A DNA stretch of 64,000 bases. Origin: a virus. Both the position numbers and the translations under genes were made by a program. The notes under the pieces are model-generated. The model did not search any database. It was not told the DNA's origin and saw only the letters and a program-made list of their open reading frames with translations. Location: the IMG/VR virus record IMGVR_UViG_3300000115_000005. One strand, written 5' to 3'. Positions 25,681 through 36,129 of this stretch are shown here, one piece after another. Each line of letters begins with the position of its first letter. The first letter of the stretch is position 1.

Positions 25681-26910
25681 TTACTTGTCCCAAGTTTTTT
25701 TAGCCGTGAAATTCTGATGTGAAAATTCTAGTCGATCAACAAGTTTCAATGCACCACCAGATAGCTTATCTACGGCAACAAAACCCTCTGGATTGGTGAT
25801 TCTAAATCCATCATCTGTTCTGACAAATGTATTTGTAACTTGTCGCATCTCTTGTAACTTACGAATGATGATTGTTTTTGATTCAACAATTGAGTTCATC
25901 AAGTTAAATATTTCAATTAGTTGTCTAGCTGAACCTCTTAAAAATCTCATCACTTCATTTTTTTCTTTTTGCCTTTTCTTTTTTGTATCTTCTCTTTTAG
26001 CTTTAATTATTTCTTTGTTCAATTTATTTTCTACATATCTAATTAAGTTTACAGTATGTGTAGAGGTGTTTCTAATCTTTTGGCCTTGTCTGACCATTTG
26101 ATTATTAAATATCTTTATTTCACCAAGTATTTTATCATTAACTGATAGACGATTCAATACTAATGAGTTTATCTTCTGTAATGTTTTACCTGCTTGTGAA
26201 AGTATATTGGTTATTTGTTTTGTTTCTGCTTCTGTAAATGTTGCTGTGCCAGAGGCATTGACAAAAGAAGCATCACGAAACCAAATATCTTTTGTTGGTT
26301 TTAATCTACCAATATCAATATTAAAAGATGGCTTCATTGTGTCTAAACTTCTACCTGAATATGAAGTATGAAAAACAATACCAAGTTGAGCTGCTTGCAT
26401 AGTTTTAGCAAGTGGTGTTGATTCTGGTACAGCGTAGACAATAGTGTTTGGTTGAAATGTGATGTATTTCTCTCCATCTATTTGTTCTTTTTTTATATCA
26501 CCTTTTGTAAACATCATATCGCCTTGCAATACACCTTTGATACCAAGTTTTGGTAAAAATGCCAAGGCTACTTTTAGTTTTTCATTTAAGCCACCACTTG
26601 GGTGATTTCTATCTATGTCTCTATCTGTATAGTTTAATTTTGGTGCTCTGTTAAAAACAGATTTAGTACCAACAAAAAACTTACCATTCTTTGGATTGAT
26701 ACCTGCGAAAACAGCTGGGGCACCATCCCATTTTGTTGTGACATTTATTTTTGATGTTGAACTACCTGCAAGCATATCTCTCAATGATTGTAGAAAGTTA
26801 ATTGATTCTCTGGCGCCAGTAACACCACGATTTAAAACATTATCTTCTAAATGTTCTAAATGAAGATTTTTATCTTGTCTGGCTTCTTCTAAAAATTCTG
26901 TGAAATTCAT
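25681..26910 (-). CDS. conserved phage protein (DUF6267-like, ligase/nucleotidyltransferase-type KWDG motif)
   Basis: NLHLEHLED, TKWDGAPA, QGDMMF, PEGFVA, KLVDRLEFS; MNFTEFLEE N-terminus. Confidence 0.7.
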   Translation of the reverse strand: MNFTEFLEEARQDKNLHLEHLEDNVLNRGVTGARESINFLQSLRDMLAGSSTSKINVTTKWDGAPAVFAGINPKNGKFFVGTKSVFNRAPKLNYTDRDIDRNHPSGGLNEKLKVALAFLPKLGIKGVLQGDMMFTKGDIKKEQIDGEKYITFQPNTIVYAVPESTPLAKTMQAAQLGIVFHTSYSGRSLDTMKPSFNIDIGRLKPTKDIWFRDASFVNASGTATFTEAETKQITNILSQAGKTLQKINSLVLNRLSVNDKILGEIKIFNNQMVRQGQKIRNTSTHTVNLIRYVENKLNKEIIKAKREDTKKKRQKEKNEVMRFLRGSARQLIEIFNLMNSIVESKTIIIRKLQEMRQVTNTFVRTDDGFRITNPEGFVAVDKLSGGALKLVDRLEFSHQNFTAKKTWDK

Positions 26911-27998
26911 TTTTTTACACCTGCGTATTGTAACTTTAACATAACTAGTTTACCTAGTTTACCTTTTGGACTACTTCTTCTAAAACCTGCATCACTCCTG
27001 GTTGTCATTTTAAGAGTGAGTTTTTTATTTGCTTTATCCATTAAATCAATAAACCACTCTTGAACAGAATTTTTATTCAAATAAGCTTTAACTTTAGTAA
27101 CTTTATCTATAAAATTAACTAATGGGTCGCCTTTTTCTTCAGCTTTTGCACCAACAGCTTTAACTAAAATTAAAGGTATCTCACCTTTTTGTGGAGCTTT
27201 TTGTAATCTAAATTCAGTCATAATCCATTCTTTGGTAGTTTTTACATCTTTATTTACTATTTTTACTAATTGTTCTCTGCTTATTTTATTTTGTTCAATA
27301 TATAATTCGTCAAATTTTCTAAGATTATTTTCATATAATTTGATTAAAGATTCTTTAAGAGTATCATTCATTTTTATACTCTTACCTCTATATTCATAAT
27401 AATTTTTTTCAGTAACACTTTTTGGAGCACCAACTTTTGAGTAAACATTTTCCCAAAGTCTTTTTTTTAATTTATCTTCTGCTTTAGAATCTATTTTTTC
27501 ATAGTAAGGCTGTTTTAAAGTTGTTCTAACATATGTATTTAATAAAGGTTCAGCTGATTTTTCTGTTCCAGCTTTTAAACTAATACCACTAATTGAGCTA
27601 TCTTTAAACATAAAAAAAATATCACCGGGATGATTAGATGGCACACCTTTTGGTTTAATTCTATAACCCCAAAAAACATTTTTTATTGGATTTGAGTCGT
27701 TTGTTTCATAGATATAATTTGTAATAGCAAAAGCATTATCTAATTTTTCCTTTAACAATCTAGGTTGTATTCTACTAAACGCATCTAATATAAATTTTTC
27801 AGCATTTGGTACATCACCCGGTGTGGTAAAACTTTTTTTAGATTTAGTGCTAGATAGATTTACAGTCTTAATAAATTCACCTAAATCCTCACCATTTTTC
27901 GGTTTAAACCCATTATTAAAAGCTAAAGCTGGGAATAATTCCGTAATCGTAGAATTTATTGTAGTCTGTTGACCGCCTGTTAAATATTTTGCCATCAT
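26907..27998 (-). CDS. putative PD-(D/E)xK nuclease-like protein
   Basis: ITELFPA, HPGDIF..GISLKAG; CATAAATA late-type promoter at 28000-28007. Confidence 0.5.
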   Translation of the reverse strand: MMAKYLTGGQQTTINSTITELFPALAFNNGFKPKNGEDLGEFIKTVNLSSTKSKKSFTTPGDVPNAEKFILDAFSRIQPRLLKEKLDNAFAITNYIYETNDSNPIKNVFWGYRIKPKGVPSNHPGDIFFMFKDSSISGISLKAGTEKSAEPLLNTYVRTTLKQPYYEKIDSKAEDKLKKRLWENVYSKVGAPKSVTEKNYYEYRGKSIKMNDTLKESLIKLYENNLRKFDELYIEQNKISREQLVKIVNKDVKTTKEWIMTEFRLQKAPQKGEIPLILVKAVGAKAEEKGDPLVNFIDKVTKVKAYLNKNSVQEWFIDLMDKANKKLTLKMTTRSDAGFRRSSPKGKLGKLVMLKLQYAGVKK

Positions 27999-28016
27999 GT
28001 ATTTATGATAACACGA

Positions 28017-29135
28017 TTATCGAATTATGTCAATCTCTTTATCACCTGTCCATACTTCTAAGTCTTTTCTGAGTCTTTTGTCGTTTTTAAGAGACATATA
28101 TCTGCTTGAGGCCTTCTTGACCCACCATTTAAATATATTCTCCAGATAGTGTTTATCGTGGTTATCCTTGTCTGGAATCAACTTATCTGTCTTACCAGTC
28201 ACTACATCAACAAAGTTTGAGAAACCATAATTACAAGCGTAATATCGTTTCTTTTCAGTTAAATTAAGAGCTTTATTGATTGTTTTATTATATCTTTCCA
28301 AATCCTCACCATCTAAATTAGCCTTGATAAGAGCCTGTATTTTTGTAGATATTTTAAGTTTTCTTGATGAGGCATCTTCTGGTACTATCGGTTCACCAAC
28401 AGCTTTTTCCATATAATCTCTTAAATCTTCATATGGTTTGCCGTGCATCAACGGTAAAAAATTAGAATCTGTAAGACCTTTAAATCGTAAAAATGGCTTC
28501 ATGCCATCATACTGTGAACTAGACTTTGATGAACCATACAAACTGGTCGTTTCAAATAAACAAGTATTCATACCTGGATATTTTGTATTCATTCTTTCAC
28601 GAACAAAGTGTGAACAACAAATACCAGCCAATAATTTACCACCAAGGTAATTAAAACCAAATGGTTGTGATGGCACAATTGCAAAACCCATAATTGATGT
28701 TTTATTAAATGATACTGCTGTTTTAGCATCTTGTGTAAAAACACAATCTAATAGTTGATTTCTTGGTTTCATATTAATTACAGGAGAACCAATACGAATA
28801 AAACCAAGCCACTTTTTACTATTCGTTTCTAATACACCTAATCGTAATGATTTTCCTGGAATACTTGTCATATTGGAATGAGATGAAATAATTTTAACAT
28901 AAATGTCCCACATATTTTGGTTCATTTCATGTATTTCTATATTCATATCTTCTGGGTGCATATCAAAGTTATCAAATAAATCTATTTCAGGTCCCATTCC
29001 TGGTAATCCAAAGGACATTTTTTCAACTGTACTTACTTTTTGATCACGAATATAATCTGCAATACCATCAAATTTATCAAAGTAATCTGAGAATACTTTG
29101 GCACCGTGTATAGCTTGTTCTTTAGTTATTTTCAT
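28017..29135 (-). CDS. DruA/DUF4338-like protein (paralogue 1)
   Basis: IVPSQPFGFNYLGGKLLA, ETTSLYG..SQYDG. Confidence 0.75.
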   Translation of the reverse strand: MKITKEQAIHGAKVFSDYFDKFDGIADYIRDQKVSTVEKMSFGLPGMGPEIDLFDNFDMHPEDMNIEIHEMNQNMWDIYVKIISSHSNMTSIPGKSLRLGVLETNSKKWLGFIRIGSPVINMKPRNQLLDCVFTQDAKTAVSFNKTSIMGFAIVPSQPFGFNYLGGKLLAGICCSHFVRERMNTKYPGMNTCLFETTSLYGSSKSSSQYDGMKPFLRFKGLTDSNFLPLMHGKPYEDLRDYMEKAVGEPIVPEDASSRKLKISTKIQALIKANLDGEDLERYNKTINKALNLTEKKRYYACNYGFSNFVDVVTGKTDKLIPDKDNHDKHYLENIFKWWVKKASSRYMSLKNDKRLRKDLEVWTGDKEIDIIR

Positions 29136-30541
29136 ATTTTAAAGTCACCGAATTTGTCATCAAATCTTTTCTCATTCTTACCAAATGAATTTAGAGGTTT
29201 ATCAGGACCTTTGTCATCTTGACCAGATTCTATAATGCCATCTTGACCCGATTGTTCTACATCATATAACTTCATTTTAGCTCTATCAACACCAACGATA
29301 AACTTTTTGAAATAACTTGGATCTGCATAACGATTCTTTTGTTGTTTCACAAGTATTTGATTGAGTTGTTCTAGTTCTTCATTTGATACAATAGAAAACA
29401 TAAAGTCTGCTGTTGCAGGTAAACCAAATGATTCTGAAACATCTTCAAGACCTGGATCTGAGTTTGTATAACCAGACCTAGTTGTTTGTGTTGCTGATAC
29501 AACTGGTAACTCATACTCAACTGCAAGGCCTCTTAATTCTTCTGCAATGGCCTTTATGAATGTATATGAATTAATATTATTACCAGGTTTCATTCTTGCT
29601 GAAGTACAAATATTTAAGTAATCAACAAATATTATATCAGGTTTGAATTGTTTTTTCAATGTTAACTCACTTAATAATGCACGAAAATGTAAAGTAGATG
29701 CAGCTGCTGTTGGATATTCTTTAATGATTAATTGGCCTTGTGTCTTTGCTTTTAATACATTAAACTTAGCTTCGTAATCTTCTTTTGAAACTGATCTCAA
29801 ATCATTCAAACTAATATTTAATAAGTTAGCATCAATTCTTTCTGCAATCTTTTCTTCAGCCATTTCCATGGTAATGTATAAAACATTATTACCTTGAGAT
29901 ATACAAGCTGATGCCATATGACACATAAACAAACTTTTACCAACACCTGTACCTGCCATAATTACATTCAAGGTTTTAATTGGTAAACCACCTTTTGTAA
30001 TCTTATTAAATATATCAAGATCAAAGCTCACTCTATTTTCAACTTTATGATAAAAATCAAATCTTTCACTAAAATCATTTATGTAATCATGACCAATGTG
30101 TGTATCAAAAGAAACACCAAGTGCATCACTTAAAAGTTTTGGTATTTCACCTTTAGATTTTTTTGTATTTTTATCATCAAGAATAGAAACAGAGTTCATG
30201 ATGGCATTGTAAATGGCCTTATCTTGACAAAACTTTTCAGTTTGGTCTATAAGCCAATTCAATTCTACTTCTTCATCTTTACTCTTTTTTATTTCTTGTA
30301 GAAGCTCTATTGATTTAGAAACTTCATCTTCTGTAAGATTTTTCTTTTCTGTAAAATTAATTACAAGAACTTCATGTGTAGGAAGATTTTCATATTCATT
30401 TACAAAATCAAAAATTTCACGAAATACTTTCCTTTCTACTGACTCTGAAAAGTAATCAGGTTGTATAAAAGGTAAAACTTTTCGGGTAAACTCTTCATTG
30501 TAAACTAAGTTTTTCAGTATTGTCTGTTCTAGTCTCATCAT
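29132..30541 (-). CDS. 41: replicative DNA helicase gp41
   Basis: AGTGVGKS, ITMEMAEE, VDYLNI, SATQTTRSG, SESFGLPATAD. Confidence 0.97.
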   Translation of the reverse strand: MMRLEQTILKNLVYNEEFTRKVLPFIQPDYFSESVERKVFREIFDFVNEYENLPTHEVLVINFTEKKNLTEDEVSKSIELLQEIKKSKDEEVELNWLIDQTEKFCQDKAIYNAIMNSVSILDDKNTKKSKGEIPKLLSDALGVSFDTHIGHDYINDFSERFDFYHKVENRVSFDLDIFNKITKGGLPIKTLNVIMAGTGVGKSLFMCHMASACISQGNNVLYITMEMAEEKIAERIDANLLNISLNDLRSVSKEDYEAKFNVLKAKTQGQLIIKEYPTAAASTLHFRALLSELTLKKQFKPDIIFVDYLNICTSARMKPGNNINSYTFIKAIAEELRGLAVEYELPVVSATQTTRSGYTNSDPGLEDVSESFGLPATADFMFSIVSNEELEQLNQILVKQQKNRYADPSYFKKFIVGVDRAKMKLYDVEQSGQDGIIESGQDDKGPDKPLNSFGKNEKRFDDKFGDFKI

Positions 30542-31562
30542 TGTCTAATATATTCCCATAACCTATTTGATATTTTTCTTGTACGAATGTTTTAAACTGC
30601 TTGTCATTTAATATATCATACCAGAATTCTTTTGTTTGTGTGGCATCAAAGCGTACTTTATCACCAATTTCGCCTGTTGTTCTATCTACTTTTGCATACC
30701 AACCTGGAGAAGGTTTAGCTACATACTGACCTTCAATTGCAATATCAAGTAATCCAGAATACTTTTGAATACCACCATTAAATGATACTGAAACTGGTAT
30801 CTTAGACTTTTCTTTTACAAATCTAGATTTTTCCACATTAATAATAAAATTATAGCCTGTAATATCTTTACCTGTTTTTTCTTGTTGTCTACCAAGAATC
30901 CAAATTGTATCGGCTGAGTAATAAGATCCTGTGCCACCACCAACAATATCTTTAGGGAACATACCAATTTCTTTGTAAGTATGATTAACAACAACTAAAG
31001 GTATATCTTTGATTGTAAGATGTGGTGTTATCATTCTAAACAGAGATTTAATACTTTTAGCTCTTGTCATATCTGCAACTGATCTACCTTCAAGTGAATC
31101 TTCAATTTCTTTTTTAGATGCAAGATTACCAACAGAATCTAAAATAAAAATAACTTTATCTTCACTTGTAATATCACCCAATTGATTCATAATATCATGT
31201 TTCAATTCTTCAACATTTGTAACAGGTGTATGTAATACTCTTTCCATATCAACATCAAATGTTTCAAAATACTTTTGTGGAGTACCAAACTCTGAATCAT
31301 AAAATATGACCACGGCATCTTTATATTTCTTTAGATATGATGATGCCATCAATAAAGCAAAGGCACTCTTAAAATGTTTTGAAGGCCCAGCTAACATAGT
31401 TAAGCCTGGAACAATGCCACCATCAAGTGAACCTGAAAGTGCAACATTAACTATCGGTACACTTGTTTGTACCATATCTTTTTTATTAAAAAATTTTGAC
31501 TTTGATAATATAGCCGAATCTTTAATTGTAGTATTCTTTTTCAATCTATCTAATAAACTCAT
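30495..31562 (-). CDS. uvsX: RecA-like recombinase UvsX
   Basis: AGPSKHFKS, YDSEFG, DSVGNLASKKE. Confidence 0.96.
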   Translation of the reverse strand: MSLLDRLKKNTTIKDSAILSKSKFFNKKDMVQTSVPIVNVALSGSLDGGIVPGLTMLAGPSKHFKSAFALLMASSYLKKYKDAVVIFYDSEFGTPQKYFETFDVDMERVLHTPVTNVEELKHDIMNQLGDITSEDKVIFILDSVGNLASKKEIEDSLEGRSVADMTRAKSIKSLFRMITPHLTIKDIPLVVVNHTYKEIGMFPKDIVGGGTGSYYSADTIWILGRQQEKTGKDITGYNFIINVEKSRFVKEKSKIPVSVSFNGGIQKYSGLLDIAIEGQYVAKPSPGWYAKVDRTTGEIGDKVRFDATQTKEFWYDILNDKQFKTFVQEKYQIGYGNILDNDETRTDNTEKLSLQ

Positions 31563-32381
31563 TTAACTATCCTTCATTTTTGTGATTTGATTTCTTGGCA
31601 CTAGCATTTTATCCTTGTCTATAAAGAAGGAGTCTAAACTAGGACTAGGTGGTAAGTCAAGCTTTTTTTTCTTGTTTACCTTTTTTATTATAGTTTTAGG
31701 TTTTTCATTTTTATATTTTCTGTAAGATTGATTTGCGGCTATGAGTAATAATACCGCAAGAGGATCAAAAACAAATATGATTATAAAAATTACAGTTCTT
31801 ACAGCTTTATCTATAAATTGAGGGTCACCTTCACCATATAAAAACTCGGCGATAAACATAATTGGTCCAACTTCTGCTTTTAATATATTCTCTTGCCTCA
31901 GCAGAGGTAATTTTTCTTTTGTAAGTTCTACCAATTGTGCTTGTGCATTTCGTATTTGTCTATCTGTTGTTCTTGCAACTTTCTCAGGATCATCACCTGC
32001 CTGTTTATACAGATATGTTAATCTTTCTCTAATTAAGTTTTCTCTTAATTCTATTTGTTTAATTTGCACAGAATTTGCACCAACTACTATGTTGGATTCA
32101 ATATGAGCTCTTGAGAGAAAGCCAAATATACCCATAGAAGTAATTAACATCACAAGTATGATAGCTGTAATGAAATATACTTTCATGACTAAAATAGTTT
32201 CTTTCCAGTTATTATATAACCAAGATACTGTTACAAGTTTTGCCACTTCTAAAACAGCACCCATTACAATGATTGGCCAAAATGATCCTGGAAAAATCTG
32301 TGCTAAACCTATTACAGAATAATAAGCTGCAATTACTGATAATCCTATTGCTGTAATAAAAGGTAAAATTGCTTGTATCAT
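31563..32381 (-). CDS. multi-pass membrane protein with coiled coil
   Basis: three N-terminal TM helices, ITSMGIFGFLS, VGPI, FVFDPLAV. Confidence 0.75.
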   Translation of the reverse strand: MIQAILPFITAIGLSVIAAYYSVIGLAQIFPGSFWPIIVMGAVLEVAKLVTVSWLYNNWKETILVMKVYFITAIILVMLITSMGIFGFLSRAHIESNIVVGANSVQIKQIELRENLIRERLTYLYKQAGDDPEKVARTTDRQIRNAQAQLVELTKEKLPLLRQENILKAEVGPIMFIAEFLYGEGDPQFIDKAVRTVIFIIIFVFDPLAVLLLIAANQSYRKYKNEKPKTIIKKVNKKKKLDLPPSPSLDSFFIDKDKMLVPRNQITKMKDS

Positions 32382-33016
32382 TTTATATCTAATTCAAATT
32401 CTTTTGTGCCAAGTCTACCTTTAATATGAACATTAAAAGCAAGTGAGTGTCTATCATTGTCTGTTTCATTTTTACCTACACTATGAATTGTTGATGATGG
32501 AAACATATACACATCTCCGTTTTTTGGAATCATACTCCAAATTTTTGAGTTAAATAAATTATAATCTATGACATCTACATCACATGAATGTGGAAAAATA
32601 CCAGACACACTCAAATCTCTTAGAAGTGTAAATTCACCACAATCTTTCTCGCCAGTTACATCAAAATAATAAACACCAGAAAGAATACAATTTGTATGAA
32701 TATGTTGTTGAGCCCAATCTCCAGATTTATGCCTAACTACCCATGAATTAGTAATATAAAATTCTATACTATCATGAGCTCTAAGTTCTCTATAAGCATA
32801 TTTTATTATTTCATCATTTATTTTATCTTTTAATGATGCACATTCTGGGTTGTTAAGTATGTATTTATCTACACCATAATCACCATTGTCTGATACCATT
32901 CTTTCAAATTTTTGATTTTTAAAAAAATCTTTAGTTGTTTCATCAATTAACAAACCCTGTTTTACATAGAGTGGTGTGCTAAACAGAGGTACTATTTTAT
33001 AATCTATTTCATCCAA
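32378..33016 (-). CDS. 2OG-Fe(II) oxygenase (TIGR02466-like)
   Basis: LFSTP, HIHTN..SGVYY, FPS..HSV, RHSLAFN. Confidence 0.85.
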   Translation of the reverse strand: MDEIDYKIVPLFSTPLYVKQGLLIDETTKDFFKNQKFERMVSDNGDYGVDKYILNNPECASLKDKINDEIIKYAYRELRAHDSIEFYITNSWVVRHKSGDWAQQHIHTNCILSGVYYFDVTGEKDCGEFTLLRDLSVSGIFPHSCDVDVIDYNLFNSKIWSMIPKNGDVYMFPSSTIHSVGKNETDNDRHSLAFNVHIKGRLGTKEFELDIK

Positions 33017-35531
33017 AAAAACTCTCCAATGAATTTGTTTTTTCTATTTCCCAGCCAATACATTCTACAATAAATCTTGTAGGTTCTATGAACCCTTTTT
33101 GAAACTGGGTGTCAAAGTCAATGTATTTGTGTAGACCAAACTCTTTTGGTATTCTTGTTGGAAAAGATAAAACATTATCTTTTATTGGATTTGGTTGTTT
33201 AAGATATGTGAACTTAAGCTTTTCACCAGATTGAATCTTAGGATATTTTTTCTCAAGGCCCAATTTCTCTAATTGTAAATTATATAATAGAGCACCTCTG
33301 ACATGAATTGGAGTGCCTTTCTTATAGATCAAAGTATTATCTTGATATGTTTTCAAACCATTACAACCTCGAGGAAAAGATATTTCTTCTGGTGGTAAAT
33401 TTTTAAACTCTTCTTTAAATTTTGCAATAAACTCTTGAACCTCATCTTCACCTTTTGTAACAATAATTCTAGTAAGCTCTTTCATCTTTTCACGAATTGC
33501 ATAAGGTGTTGATGACTTAATCATTTCAAGACCCATAATCTTGAGTTTAGGTGTTGTGTATCTAACACCCTCATTGTCATAAACATTTAGAATATATCTC
33601 TTCTTAGCAGTCCAAACACCTTTATCTGCAAGTGCTTCACGTTTCATTACCATTTTTTGGTCATAAGCATGAACGTAATCAGCAAGCTCTTTATAACTTT
33701 TATCAATAAACGATTGTATCTTACCATCACAAACTTTGTCCATGAATTTGATAACTTCGTTAGTTTCTGGCTTTTCTTTAAATACTTTATTAACAAGCGT
33801 ACCAAGTTTGAGATAAATCGAATCTGTATCTGATGCAACCACATAATCTTCTTTCGTATCAAGTAAATTATTCATGTATCCATTTAATTTATTTTCAATC
33901 CAACGAATAGCTAATTGACCTGCCAATGTAACAGCTAGTGCCTGTCTTAGATCATAGAATCTAAAGTATTGTGAACCAAGAGCACCATAAGCGGAGTTTA
34001 GTGATACTTTCTTTGCAAGTTGTAGATTATTATATCTTGATATTAAATGTGATAGTTCTTTACTCGGCTTCTTTTCATAATCTTTTTGAGCTTGTATCAT
34101 CAACTTTTTAAATTTCTTACGATCTTCATACATCTCTTCCATCATCTTAGGTAAGAAACCTTGTTGAGTAGTTCTAAAGAATTGACCATTTGGTGTAAGT
34201 GATACATTGTTTAATTCTTTTGTATCCACTTTTTGTGATAAGAGTGATTCGACATTTACACCTTGTGTTAACACATCATTCATATCTTTTGTATATTCAT
34301 CAGCATTAATAATAGTTTCTGGGCTAATATTATACATGATAAGTAAATGCGGATACAAACTGTTCAAGTCAAATGATGCAACCCAATCGTGCATACCAAT
34401 TTGAGGTTCTTTTACATAAGCGCCTTCAAAAGCAGATATTTTCTTTTTAAATTTTTTCTGTGGTACAATAATATTTTTTCGTAGTAAATGATTGTATATT
34501 AAAGAATCCCACATTCTTGTTTGTGCAAATACATCTTCAAGATTTGTCTTGGTATCATATGCAAGAGTTAAAGCCAATTCAATTAATTTCAACTTACCTT
34601 CAAGTTGTAAAATTAGATCAACGTCTTTAATATTATAGTCGATAAACTTCTGATAGTTTTCTTGATATAAATTATGCAAGCTATCATACTCATCATACGA
34701 TAACTTTCTTTCACCAAGTTCTACATTTGCAATCGCATCAAGCTTATATGATTCTTGTGATTTACCACCTGGTGCATACCATTTGTATAGTTCGATATAA
34801 TCAAGTGCATTGATACCAGATAGATGATATGATATAAGCTCTCGCCCATTGAGAACAACTTTTCTTTCCCATATATTATTCCAAGGTGAGAGTTTCTTAG
34901 CAAAGTCATCACCAAACAACATACGAAAACGATTTACCAAATATGGTATATCAAAAAAGTCTGTATTCCAACCAGAGATAACATCAGGATAATCTTCTTG
35001 CCAATGTTTTATAAATTGTTTACATAGATCATTTTCATTTTCACATTTGATGTATGTTACGTTTTCAGGACAATCATAGTCACGACAACCAAATACAACC
35101 GAATTACCATTTAGTTGGCGAATACAAATAGCTGTGATTGGTGCTCTCGCTTCATATGGGTCAGGAAAACCGTAAGCTGAACTTACCTCAATATCAATTA
35201 CTGATACATTTATATCATTAATATTCCATTCTATTTGACCTTTGAAATTATCTGCTATGAAACCATATTCAAAACGATCCATGCCGTAAATGTCAAAATT
35301 ATCAACATCTTTATATTTACGTTGAAAGTCTTTTGCAGCTCTGATAGATTCAAATCGCATAGCATCTAAAGGTTCACCGTGAATACCTTTGTATTGAGTT
35401 TCAGTTTTTTTAGATTTTACGAATAGGCTTGGCGTGTATGTTACTTTAGTCTTTACTTTTTTACCGTTATTTACACCACGATAAAGTATGTAATTGCCTT
35501 GACAAAGTACGTTAGTATAATGTTTAGCCAT
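33009..35531 (-). CDS. 43: family B DNA polymerase gp43
   Basis: DIEV exonuclease, SFDLNSLYP, KVSLNSAYG, ASDTDS, KKRY; likely start MAKHYT. Confidence 0.98.
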   Translation of the reverse strand: MAKHYTNVLCQGNYILYRGVNNGKKVKTKVTYTPSLFVKSKKTETQYKGIHGEPLDAMRFESIRAAKDFQRKYKDVDNFDIYGMDRFEYGFIADNFKGQIEWNINDINVSVIDIEVSSAYGFPDPYEARAPITAICIRQLNGNSVVFGCRDYDCPENVTYIKCENENDLCKQFIKHWQEDYPDVISGWNTDFFDIPYLVNRFRMLFGDDFAKKLSPWNNIWERKVVLNGRELISYHLSGINALDYIELYKWYAPGGKSQESYKLDAIANVELGERKLSYDEYDSLHNLYQENYQKFIDYNIKDVDLILQLEGKLKLIELALTLAYDTKTNLEDVFAQTRMWDSLIYNHLLRKNIIVPQKKFKKKISAFEGAYVKEPQIGMHDWVASFDLNSLYPHLLIMYNISPETIINADEYTKDMNDVLTQGVNVESLLSQKVDTKELNNVSLTPNGQFFRTTQQGFLPKMMEEMYEDRKKFKKLMIQAQKDYEKKPSKELSHLISRYNNLQLAKKVSLNSAYGALGSQYFRFYDLRQALAVTLAGQLAIRWIENKLNGYMNNLLDTKEDYVVASDTDSIYLKLGTLVNKVFKEKPETNEVIKFMDKVCDGKIQSFIDKSYKELADYVHAYDQKMVMKREALADKGVWTAKKRYILNVYDNEGVRYTTPKLKIMGLEMIKSSTPYAIREKMKELTRIIVTKGEDEVQEFIAKFKEEFKNLPPEEISFPRGCNGLKTYQDNTLIYKKGTPIHVRGALLYNLQLEKLGLEKKYPKIQSGEKLKFTYLKQPNPIKDNVLSFPTRIPKEFGLHKYIDFDTQFQKGFIEPTRFIVECIGWEIEKTNSLESFFG

Positions 35532-35779
35532 TAAACGGGTATCTTTGATGTTTGTTGAAAAACACCTAAGGTGACCCATCTTTTTGGAAATAACATTTCA
35601 CGACCTCTAAAATCATTCATATTTTTTGTAGGGTCTTGAACGAAACCAATAAGCTCTACTGATTTGTCAAATTCTCTATTTACAAGATCGTATCTTTCTG
35701 CTCTTGGTAAACTATATTCTATAGCCATTTTCTTAGCAATTTCTTGCCTTGCATTTGGCTTCCATCTTTTCTTACTCAT
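35531..35779 (-). CDS. hypothetical protein (early)
   Basis: AGAGG RBS; downstream of a sigma70-type promoter; TAATG-coupled to gp43. Confidence 0.7.
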   Translation of the reverse strand: MSKKRWKPNARQEIAKKMAIEYSLPRAERYDLVNREFDKSVELIGFVQDPTKNMNDFRGREMLFPKRWVTLGVFQQTSKIPV

Positions 35780-35817
35780 AACAGCCTCTTTTCACATAAA
35801 TTTTAATCATTGATACC

Positions 35818-35846
35818 ATTCTATCAGTATCAACCCCATTTGTCAA
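35818..35846 (-). promoter_or_regulatory. early sigma70-type promoter
   Basis: TTGACA-17 nt-TAGAAT. Confidence 0.8.
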
Positions 35847-35868
35847 ACATAATATACTCAATTGCCTA

Positions 35869-36129
35869 TTACAAGAGTTCACCCATATCCAGTTTAAATA
35901 AATCATCTTTCAGTTGTTCAACTCGATCTTCTAATATCTTAATAGTTTGCCTTAAATGGCCTGAAGGATTTTTATGGCCATTTTCTTTATATTCATCTTG
36001 AAATATTATAATTTCATCTTCTAATACTCTGATACGAATTAATAATTCACCAACTGCTGTTTTGTTTATAATTTGATGTGTTATATTATCCATAATTTCA
36101 TTTGTCCCTAAAGCTTTATATATTTTCAT
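35869..36129 (-). CDS. hypothetical protein
   Basis: ATGA-coupled ORF, coiled-coil-like. Confidence 0.6.
   Translation of the reverse strand: MKIYKALGTNEIMDNITHQIINKTAVGELLIRIRVLEDEIIIFQDEYKENGHKNPSGHLRQTIKILEDRVEQLKDDLFKLDMGELL

Noticed and set aside
28017-29135. Complete Druantia defence system
   Set aside because: Only DruA-like genes are present; no DruE helicase or other partners nearby
5295-35531. Inteins or introns in nrdA, nrdB, gp41 or gp43; stop-codon reassignment
   Set aside because: The genes have normal lengths and are continuous in the standard code; TAA, TAG and TGA all terminate genes
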